Below, one piece after another: positions 26,550-36,252 of a DNA stretch of 64,000 bases. Position 1 is the stretch's first letter. Each line of letters begins with the position of its first letter. Both the position numbers and the translations under genes were made by a program. Under the pieces are notes generated by a model that saw nothing but the letters and a program-made list of their open reading frames with translations, was not told the origin of the DNA and searched no databases. The DNA is from Hypanus sabinus (taxonomy: Eukaryota), in the NCBI RefSeq assembly GCF_030144855.1, contig NC_082710.1:35588001-35652000 (forward strand), written 5' to 3'.

Positions 26550-28430
26550 GTGGCATTGAGACATGGAATTTCACAGCTCAGAAACTGACTCTTTGGCCCA
26601 TACGTCCACATTAAACTCTTTACTCATCTATACTCGTCTTATTTGCCTGCACTGGATTTATATCCTTCTATGTTTGCCCAATCAAATGTCTAAGTGTCTC
26701 TACAACTGTGATTTATCTGATTCTACTATCTCTTCTGGCAGCAATTTTCAGATATCAACCTCTAAGTGGGTAAAAAAAAATTCCCGTCAAATCATCTTTA
26801 AAACTCTTTACTTTCATCTATGCCTTCTTGTTTTTGATATCATGGGAAAAAATATTATGACTATTTACCATGTCTATGCCTCTAATAACTTTATAGATTT
26901 CTGTCAAGTTACCCCTCAGTCTCCTTCACTCCAAGGAAAACAAGCCCAGCCTGTCCAGTCTCTCCCTACAACTAAAGTCCTTGCATTCCAGGCAATATCC
27001 TCCTGATGAATTTCTTCTGCACCCTCTCCAGTGTAACCATATCCTTCTAATAATGCTCAAATTAGAACAGCACAAAATACAGCAGGTGCAACCTAACCAG
27101 TGTTATATAAAGTTGCAACATAATGTCTCAACTTCTACATTTCATGTCCCAACCTTTAAAGGTGAGCAAGCCATAGGTCTTCATTACCATGCTATCTATC
27201 TGAGTTACCCTTTTCAGGGAATTAAGGACATGAACTTCAAAATCCCTCTGTTTACTATACATTTTCTACCTCTATTTTACCTTGTACCTGTTGAGATTAA
27301 ATTTAATCAAATAACACTACATTTCTATTTTATATATATCCTGCCACAGCATTAGACAACCTTCCTTGCTATCTACACCACCACCAATTTTCATATCATT
27401 CACAAATTTACTAACATTACCTCATACACTCACATCCAACATGTCAATATACATCACAATCAACACAGGTTCCAGCACAGATCATTGTGTTATGCCAGTA
27501 GTCACAGAATTTCAATAAGCACTCATTCACCATCAACCTCCTCATCCAATCTCCAAGCCAATTTTGGATCTAATTAGTCAGCTTGGCTTGGGATAAGCTT
27601 ACCCTACAGTCTATATGGACTTCAGTACGTCAAATGCTTTCTAAAGTCCATGTAGACAATACCTACCATCTTACCTACATCAAACTTACTAGTCCACAAA
27701 AAAAAATCTCAAGTTAGTGAAACAACACACATAAAATGCTGGTGGGATACAGCAGGCCAGGCAGCATCTATAAGGAGAAGCACTGTCGACGTTTCCTGAC
27801 GAAGGGTCTCGGCCCAAAACATCGACAGTGCTTTTCCTTACAGATGCTGCCTGGCCTGTTGTGTCCCACCAGCATTTTGTGTGTGTTGTCTGAATTTCCA
27901 GCATCTGCAGATTTCCTCATGTTTGCTCTCAAGTTAGTGAGACAGGATTTTCCTGACATAAAGCAATGCTGAGTATATCTAACATTGTTTCCAAATGTAC
28001 TTAAGTCTGATCCCTTAAAACTTTCTCCAATAATTTCCCTACCACTTCATCAGCCTGTGGTTACCTGACCAAATAAAGGACAAACATTAGCTTTCTTCCA
28101 GTCTTCTGGTACTTTCCTGTGTTTAACATTGGTGCAGAGATATCAATCAGGACTCTAGCCACCTCCTTCCTTGCTTCCCATAGCATCCAAGGATAGATCT
28201 CATCCAACCCAAGGCTGATCAACTATTATGTGCTCCATGGCATCTAATACTTTTCCTTTTTTTTTTGTAATTTATTTTTTATTGAAGTCTGTCATCAAAC
28301 ATTTCCATAAGATGTATTTCAGATACTGCACTTCCTTGTACTTAGATGTGCCAGACCCTCAACAATCCTCTTCCTGAATTCAATACCTTTCATGTCCTTC
28401 TCAATGAATACAGATGAGAAGTATTAATTT
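26550..28430 (-). mobile_element. Old CR1 ORF2/3' fragment
   Basis: Degenerate YLDF.KAFD region (about 27630-27660) and CR1 tail at about 26560; interrupted by the hairpin element at 27721-27926. Confidence 0.65.
27721..27926. mobile_element. 206-bp Penelope-derived hairpin element with a hammerhead core and a 14-bp TSD
   Basis: TCTCAAGTTAGTGA duplicated at 27707-27720 and 27927-27940; arms of about 70 bp (about 27722-27794 vs 27817-27889) are inverted repeats; CTGACGA at 27796-27802. Confidence 0.85.
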
Positions 28431-28431
28431 A

Positions 28432-28795
28432 GGACCTTGCCCACTCTTTCTCTGGTTCCCTTCTTGCTTCCCTCTGCCAGTCGGCAGAAGATACCAAAGT
28501 CTGAAAGCACATACCACCAGGCTCAAGGACAGCTTCAATCCCATTGTTATCAGACACTTGAACTGATCTCTTGTATGATAAAATGGGCTCTTGACCTCAC
28601 AATCTACTTCATTATAATCTTGCACTTTATTTTGTATATCTTCACTATACTTTTGCTGTAGCTTTTACACTTTACTCTGCATTGTTATTACCTTGTTCTG
28701 CTTCACTGCACTGTCTAATGATCTGATCTGTATGAACAGTATGCAAGCAAAGCTTTTCAGGGTACCTTGGTACATGTGACAAGAATAAACCGATA
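28432..28795 (+). mobile_element. Rex1/Babar 3' fragment
   Basis: PLPVGRRYQSLKAHTTRLKDSFNPIVIRHLN-type C-terminus followed by 3' UTR and aataaacc. Confidence 0.65.
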
Positions 28796-28861
28796 ACAGT
28801 ACCATTACATCTTGGGACTTCCCTTAATATTACCTGGCAAGGATATTTCATGGCCCTTATT

Positions 28862-28905
28862 TTATCCTCCTGATTTCTTTCTTAAATTTTCCCCTGTACC
28901 TTCTG
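28862..28905 (-). CDS. NMRK1: Candidate NMRK1 terminal coding exon
   Basis: Phase-compatible acceptor ttatttaacag|cag (NAGNAG) giving (A)EGTGENLRKKSGG*, about 207 aa in total; no recognisable homology, so tentative. Confidence 0.4.
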
Positions 28906-28969
28906 CTGTTAAATAAGTAATCTCAAAAGCACATTTTTCAAGATGTATATAGTAATCCCAATAAATATA

Positions 28970-31359
28970 CAATGGCTTCCAGTTAATTGGGCCCTTGGTT
29001 ATTTGGGGCAGACTCTTAATTGGGGCAACAGTTAAAGAACGAAAACTAATCAAGAAAATTTTAAGGATTCTCTTCATGACACCATTGGGGCAGAAGAACA
29101 TTGCCGAAGAAGTTCTCACTAGCGAGGCATGTGCACTTGTGTGGCCATTACACAGTACACTGTGCTTAGAGTGAACAGTTTTAAGTACCAAAAAAGAGAA
29201 AATCTGCAGATGCTGGGAATCCAAGCAACACACACAAAAATGGTAGAATCTATGAAAAGAGTATAGTCGACTTTTCAGGTGGATCTTTTCTCTTTGGTGG
29301 TTTTTGAGGTAGTTCGACGCAAAATCAGGGCTGGAGAAAAACCATATGAGGAGTCAGAGTTAGACGGTGGGTGGAGGGGAGAAAAACACAAGGTGACAGG
29401 TGAAATCGGGGGGGGGGGGGGTGGGGAAAGGGTAAAGTAAAGAGTTGGGAAGTTGATTGGTGAAAGAGATACAGGGCTGAAGAAAAGGGACTCTGATAGG
29501 AGAGGACAGAACGCCATGGAAGAAAGAAAAAGGGAGGAGCACCAGAAAGACGAGATGGGTAGGTAAGGAGATAAGGTCGGGGGGGGGGGGGGTGTTGGGG
29601 ATTACCAGAAGTTTGAAAAATCTATGTTCATGCCATCAGGTTGGAAGCTACCCAGAAAGAATGTAAGGTGTTGCTCCTCCAACCTGTGTATGGCCTCATC
29701 ATGATAGCAAAGGAGGCCATGGACTGATATGTCAGAATTGAAATGGGAAGTGGAATTAAAATGGGTGGCCACTGGGAGATCTATCTGGCGGACATAGTAT
29801 AGGTGCTCGGCAAAGTGGTCTCCCAATCTATGTCGGGCATCACTGATATACAGGGGGACACATCGGGAGCACTGGATACTGTAGATGAACCTAAAAAACT
29901 TACAGGTGAAGTGTTGCCTCACCTGGAACGACAGTTTGGAGGTCTGAATGTTAGTGAAGAAGGAAATGTAGCCGCAGGTATAGCACTTGTTCTCCTTGTG
30001 AGCGTAACTGCTAGAAGGGAGATAATTGGGGAGGGACAAATGGACAAAGGAGTCACATAGCAAAAAAGTGGAGGGAGAGGGAAAGATGTGTTTGGTGTTG
30101 GGATCCTGCTGGAGATGGCAAAATTACTGAGAATTATGTGCTGGACACAGAGACTGGTGGAGTGGTAGGTGAGGACAAGAGGAACCCTATCCCCTGATGG
30201 GGTGGCAAGGAGTTGGGGTAAGGACAGACAAACATGAAATAGAAGAGATGCAGTTGAGGGTAGCATTGATGGTGGGGGAAGGGAAGTCCCTTTCTTTTAA
30301 GAAGGAGGACATCTGCTTCATCCTGGAATGAAAAGCCTCACCCTGAGAGCAGATGCAGTGGATATAGAGGAATTGAGAGAAGAGGATGACGTTTTTACAA
30401 GTAACAGTGTAGGAAGAGGTATAATCAAGGTAGCTATGGGAGTCAATGGGTTTATAATACACATCAGTAGATAAGCTGCTTCCAAAGATAGAGACAGAGA
30501 TCAAGAAAGGGGAGGGAAGTGTTGGAAATGGACCAGGTAAACTCGAGGGCAGGGAAGCAGCACGAATGCAGTCAATGCTGTAGCATAGGAAAAGTTGGGG
30601 AGAGACATCAGTGTAGTCTTGGAACATAGACTGTTCCATGTAGCCGGAAAAAAGGCAGGCATAGCTGAGGCCTACGTGAGTACCCATAACTACACCTCGT
30701 TTGGAGGAAGTGGGAGGAGCCAAAAGAAAAATTATTGAGAGTGAGGATAAGTTCCGCCAGACAGAGGACAGTGGTGGTGGAGGGGAATGGAGAGCATTGA
30801 GGCCTTTAAATACCGTCAGTTGCGTGTGTTTGCATTCGAAAAGCAATGATTTTTGCCACTGATCGTTGGCAAAAAATAAGCAGAAAGACAGTTCCAAACT
30901 GTTTTGCTTACTGTAGTTTCAAGCATTTAGGCTTCGGAATGCCAGAAACAGCTGGGAGTGAAAACAAAACGATATCATGACTTCAATAAGTTAGGAACTA
31001 TAATGATTGAAGGTATCGACAATCATCTTGAATGTTACAATGAGAATGAAGATTTGGAGAATGCAATCGTCGATAGCATTGTATGAATGCAGTCTATTAT
31101 CTGCACTTATTTTGCTCATTGAGTACACTGGATGAATTCTTCCATTGTTAACTATTAGGAACTAATACATAATATTATATTTCTCTAGTGCTTTCTAGTG
31201 TTCTAATTTGGTCTGTATTTCAGTTAAATACATAATTTGTTCCTCAGTTTGTCTTTTTACCCATTTTTTTTACTGGTTCCATATAATTTTGGCTAACTGG
31301 AGCTTAATTGGGTCAAAATGTATTGGTCTCAATGTGCCCAAATTAAATGGAATTCACTG
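28970..31359. mobile_element. Tigger/pogo-like non-autonomous DNA transposon, split by a Penelope insertion
   Basis: TA-flanked imperfect TIRs caatggcttccagttaattggg / cccaaattaaatggaattcactg. Confidence 0.55.
29190..30804 (-). mobile_element. Penelope-like element (RT plus GIY-YIG endonuclease, 5'-truncated)
   Basis: ORF 29602-30063 IYSIQCSRCVPLYISD...VATHFN...LEEQHLTFFLG.FQPDGMNIDF; RT remnant GVVMGTHVG.SYACLF in ORF 30187-30897; terminal repeat 29190-29600; TSD tttaagtacc 29180-29189 / tttaaatacc 30805-30814. Confidence 0.88.
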
Positions 31360-31513
31360 TATTTGAATAGATTTTTAATTTATTTAATTCAAACCAATCA
31401 AAAACACATAATATTCCTAATCTATGCCTCTTTTAAACTGCATATTATTGATCTGAAAGTTACGTTTTAAATTTTCATAAACAGAAACATGAACCACAAG
31501 AAAAAAGACAGAC

Positions 31514-31597
31514 CTTGGAGCTTTTGAATTTCCTTTAAAAGATCATCATACACTTGAGTAAACAGGTCCTCTAAGGATTTTGTTCCATCCAAATAAA
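31514..31597 (-). CDS. NMRK1: NMRK1 coding exon 7
   Basis: ttcctcag acceptor; (I)YLDGTKSLEDLFTQVYDDLLKEIQKLQ; weak donor ag|gtctgt at 31513. Confidence 0.92.
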
Positions 31598-31969
31598 CTG
31601 AGGAAAAATAAAAATACATGCATTCGGATCATTTGATGCTGCAGGTAATTTCCTGGCCATACCCTATAATATTTCAAGATTTCTTCAAGACTACAATAAA
31701 AAACTTAAAGAAAATTTTAACTGCCAGGGAAGAATTTGAAAATGGTAGGCATCAAAACACTAACTATCATTATATTGTCATTATTCTTCGTGTTATATTA
31801 AAAGAAATCTACGGACAGAATTAGGAGGGTAAAACTAGTAATCATTATGCTCAAGCTTATGCACTTAGATTTATGTGAATTTTTCTGCACATCCATTTCA
31901 TTCTTTTGAAATAATAAAGAAAAACTGCAGGTCCGGCAATTCTTAAGTAATTGATTTCTAAATGATTAC

Positions 31970-32076
31970 TTATGTTGGGCACTTTCTCTTCCATTTCCTT
32001 TCTGTTTTTGAGGTACATTGGCCACACGTGTCCATCAAAATTTCCAGGTGGGTCAGGGGGTTCGTAGGTTCTTAAA
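31970..32076 (-). CDS. NMRK1: NMRK1 coding exon 6 (follows a 79-bp intron)
   Basis: ccctag acceptor, gtaatc donor; 107 bp; (C)LRTYEPPDPPGNFDGHVWPMYLKNRKEMEEKVPNI. Confidence 0.95.
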
Positions 32077-32155
32077 CTAGGGAAAGGAAATTCAACTTAC
32101 AATTTTATATAATTTGAAAATAATAATGTTCATAATATTTTAAATCACTATTTAC

Positions 32156-32227
32156 CATCTTCGTCTCTTGCACTCTTCATATGGAATGGAGAGATAATAG
32201 CGTTGATTAAAAACATCATTCAGTGGC
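32156..32227 (-). CDS. NMRK1: NMRK1 coding exon 5
   Basis: ttctag acceptor, gtaaat donor; 72 bp; (K)[23 protein letters not shown]. Confidence 0.95.
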
Positions 32228-32639
32228 CTAGAAACATATGAAAAACAATGTTATGAGTTCAAGCCGTGTTATGAATTCAATCAAATGCACCAACACAGTC
32301 AAATTGTAATTAAACCACAAATGATGATGGATTCCATTAAAATTAGATTAAGACAATCTTAGACCTTGCAAATGTTTTCTTCATGTATTGGCAGAAGACT
32401 ATTATGAGCTGATTACCCTCCTCTAAGCCTTTAATTACTTCTGTTTCTTAGGAGGTAACAAAAGCAATGCAAATAAAACCAGGTCATCACACTACTGTGA
32501 CACAATGAACTCAAACTCCCTTGGGCCACCCAAAGCCTGTTAATAAATAAAAATACTTTCTTTACAACATAGTTAATTTATAGTTTCTACACAATGGTTT
32601 AGTGAAACTATAATACAACACTTTAATACAATTAAAATA

Positions 32640-34227
32640 CAAACCCCATTTTCAGAAAAGTTGGGATATTTTCCAAAATGCAATAAAAACAAATATCTGT
32701 GATATGTTAATTCACGTGAACCTTTATTTAACTGACAAAAGTACAAAGAAAAGATTTTCAATAGTTTTACTGACCAACTTAATTGTATTTTGTAAATATA
32801 AACATTTAGAATTTGATGGCTGCAACACACTCAACAAAAGTTGGGACAGAGGCATATTTACCATTGTGTTACATCACCTTTCCTTTTAATAATACTTTTT
32901 AATCATTTTGGAACTGAGGATACTAATTGCAGTAGATTTGCAATTGGAAATTTTGTCCATTCTTGCTTGATATAAGACTTCAGTTGCTCAACAGTCCGTG
33001 GTCTCCGTTGTCTGATTCTCCTCTTCATGATGTACCATACATTTTCAATAGGAGATGGATCTGGACTGGCAGCAGGCCAGTTAAGCACACGCACTCTGTA
33101 TCTACAAAGCCACACTGTTGTAGCCCGTGCAGAATGTGGTCTGGCATTGTCCTGCTGAAATAAGCATGGACGTCCCAGGAAGAGACATCGCCTTAATGGC
33201 AACATATGTCTCTCTAAAATCCTAATATACACTTCAGTCAATGGTACCTTCACATACATGCAACTCACCCATGCCATGAGCACTGATGCACCCCTGTACC
33301 ATCACTGATGCTGGCTTTTGCACCTTTCACTGATAACAATCAGGATGGTCGTTTTCATCTTTGGCACGGAGAACTCGGCGCCCGCTTTTTCTGAAAACTA
33401 GCTGAAATGTGGACTCATCTGACCACAGCACACAGTTTCACAGTCTTTCAGTCCATCTGAGATGAGCTCAGGCCCAGGGAACTCACCAGTGTTTCTGCAT
33501 AGAGTTGATGTATGGCTTCCTCCTTGCGTAATACAGTTTCAAGTTGCATTTCTGGATGCAGCGACGGACTGTGTAAAGTGACAATGGTTTTCCGAAGTAC
33601 TCCCAAGCTCAGGTGGCTATAATTGTCACAGTAGCATGACGTTTTCTTAGGCAGTGCCGCCTGAGGGCTCGAAGATCACACGCATTCAACAGTGGTTTCT
33701 GACCTTGCCCTTTACACACTGAGATGTCTCTGAATCTTTTCACAATATTATGTACTGTAAATGTTGAAAGACCTAAATTCTCTGCAATCTTGTGTTGGAA
33801 AATGTTCCTTTTGAACTGACTAACAATTCTCTCACAAATTTTGGCACAAAAGGGTGAGCCATGACCCATCCTTGCTTGCAAAGACTGAGCCTTTGATGGA
33901 CACTACTTTTATACCCAGTCATGATACCTCACCTGCTACCAATTAGCCTGCTTAATGTGGAATCTTCCAAACCGGTGTTTGTTGAATATTCCGTGCACTT
34001 TTCAATCTTATTTTAACTCTGTCCCAGCTTTTGTTGAGTGTGTTGCAGCCATCAAATTTTAAATTTGTGTATATTTACAAAATACAATTAAGTTGGTCAG
34101 TTAAACTATTGAAAATCTTTTTGTACTTTTGTCAGTTAAATAAAGGTTCACGTGAATTAACATATCACAGATTTTTGTTTTTATTGCATTTTGGAAAATA
34201 TCCCAACTTTTCTGGAAGTGGGGTTTG
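32640..34227 (-). mobile_element. Tc1 (DD34E) transposon with about 210-bp IR/DR-type TIRs; disrupted transposase about 32903-33869
   Basis: TA TSDs at 32638-39 and 34228-29; TIRs 32640-32851 and 34017-34227, each with two AAAAG(T/C)TGGGA direct repeats; FQQDNARPH...WPAASPDPSPIENVW with 34 residues between D and E. Confidence 0.95.
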
Positions 34228-34262
34228 TACTTCTGAATCCTTGAAAAATATAAGAAACATAC

Positions 34263-34410
34263 TTATAATTATAAATAAGGAACCCTTCTATTATTAGAAC
34301 GCCAAGCCCGCTGTATTCCGGCACTGCTTGTTCTTCATTTATGGCAGCCATTTTATTCATCCAGGCATATATTGTATTCATCATTGCTTCCATATCCAGA
34401 GCTGTGATGA
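34263..34410 (-). CDS. NMRK1: NMRK1 coding exon 4
   Basis: ttttag acceptor, gtatgt donor; 148 bp; (V)ITALDMEAMMNTIYAWMNKMAAINEEQAVPEYSGLGVLIIEGFLIYNY with the conserved IEGFL. Confidence 0.95.
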
Positions 34411-34627
34411 CTAAAAAGGAAAGAAATGGATGCCTTTTAATTGGTGTAAGCAAAGTATAAACGCAACATTGTTTATGGAGCAACCATCTTCCTTTTTCTC
34501 TTATGTTGCACACGACAGAACTCTGTTTATTTCACAGAGAATGTCAGTGATAATAATTTCAAGATTATATCTCTTGATTCAAAATGTAAATGATCAGAAG
34601 AATTCAGATTGTAATGAGTAAAAGTAT

Positions 34628-35130
34628 AACCACTTAACCATATAACAATTACAGCACAGAAACAGGCCATCTCGGCCCTTCTAGTCCATGCCGAACACTT
34701 ATTCCACCTAGTCCCACTGACCTGCACTCAGCCCATAACCCTCCATTCCTTTCCTGTCCATATACCTATCCAATTTTACTTTAAATGACAATATCAAACC
34801 TGCCTCTACCACTTCTACTGAAAGCTCGTTCCACACAGCTACCTCTCTCTGAGTAAAGAAACTCCCCCTCGTGTTACCCCTAAACTTTTGCCCCCTCTCA
34901 ACTTGTGTCCTCTTGTTTCAACCTCCCCTACTCTCAATGGAAAAAGCCTATTCACGTCAACTCTATGTAACCCCTCATAATTTTAAATACCTCTATCAAG
35001 TCCCCCTCAACCTTCTATGCTCCAAAGAATAAAGACCTAACTTGTTCAACCTTTCTCTATAACTTAGGTGCTGAAACCCAAGTAACACTCTAGTAAATCT
35101 CCTCTGTACTCTCTCTATTTTGTTGATGTT
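34628..35130 (-). mobile_element. Young CR1 3' fragment
   Basis: aaccatataacaattacagcacagaaacaggccatctcggcc tail; RLNKLGLYSLEHRRLRGDLIEVFKI-type sequence on the minus strand. Confidence 0.85.
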
Positions 35131-35518
35131 TTTGTTTTGGTGGAAAACTTCAATTTCACCGGGGAGCTGGTTGAAGTGTGCAATTCTGGTGGTAGGTAGA
35201 CCTTGATGGTAAAATCAGAGGGAATTTGAGAGATTAAATCTTCTTAAGCTTCTCTTGTCTTAATTGGGGTTACAGGAGTGAAAGAAAGTAAACTTTTCAA
35301 AGTTATGACATTTTCTTTTACATCTGTCAAAACAATCTTGGAGAATCTATTAACATTCATTAGATGTTCCTTTAAGCATCTTATATAAAGTTGAACTATA
35401 GGAGGAGAAATGTAATGATAATTTTAAAGAGGCTGCTTTATTCCGAAGAAAATCTGCGACCACCTTCCTGTGGTTGTTGTTATTACAAAGCACTTACTTG
35501 AAATTTAACAAACCTTAC

Positions 35519-35567
35519 CATCATACTGCTGAAAGCCATCTTCTCCAACCTCCACATCAGCCGAATG
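35519..35567 (-). CDS. NMRK1: NMRK1 coding exon 3
   Basis: ttttcag acceptor, gtaagg donor; 49 bp; HSADVEVGEDGFQQYD, compare human PESEIETDKNGFLQYD. Confidence 0.93.
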
Positions 35568-36252
35568 CTGAAAATAACAAACATAAAACCATAAATAGCT
35601 ATCACTCCAAAATACAATTTCTGGTGTAAAAGACTTATCTCTACTCTGTGTATATCAGATTTGAAGTTGCAGAAAATTTAGACTTAAAACAATGTTACTG
35701 CTATGTTTCATAGAAGATTAGTTTGGAAATGTTAAATATCTTGGGGAACTGTATATCATTGCAATGTGAAAACCTTTTATTTAAAAAAAGGCAAAATGTT
35801 AAGAAACCTAATGAGAAAATTATGTGTCAAGTGGAAACCATTATCAATTTCACATGGAAACATAGTTAATTGCAAAGCTTAAGGCAGAACTTTCAGTCTT
35901 TCAGAAAGCAAAACAGATATAATAAAATAGAATATAGAACATTACAGCACAATATAAGCCCTTTTGCCCACAATATTTAACCGAATTTTCAACCTACACT
36001 AAGATCAATTTGACCCTTCCCTCTCATAGCTCTCCATTTATCTTTCATCTGTGTTCTTATGTAAGAGTCTCTTAAATACCCCTAATATTTGCCTCTATAC
36101 CTGGCAGCGCATTTCACACATCCACCATTTTATGTAAAAAAAACACCTACTCTAATATGACTCCATTACTTTCTTCCAATCACCTTAAAATTTTGCCCTC
36201 CCTTATTAGTAATTTCCACCTTGAGAAAAAGGTGTGGCTGCCCAATCTATCT

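Noticed and set aside
27721-27890. Long hairpin as a pre-miRNA gene
   Set aside because: Fully explained by an inverted Penelope terminal repeat with a TSD; no expression evidence available
29408-29592. Poly-G tracts as functional G-quadruplexes
   Set aside because: They lie in the low-complexity purine-rich part of the Penelope terminal repeat, and homopolymer lengths are error-prone
32573-34297. Near-identical ORFs on opposite strands (32573-32830 and 34031-34297) as duplicated genes
   Set aside because: They are translations of the two Tc1 terminal inverted repeats
35135-35260. Non-CR1 sequence at the 5' end of the CR1 fragment as a captured mRNA piece or extra NMRK1 exon
   Set aside because: No recognisable homology, and NMRK1 exons 3 and 4 already join in frame without it
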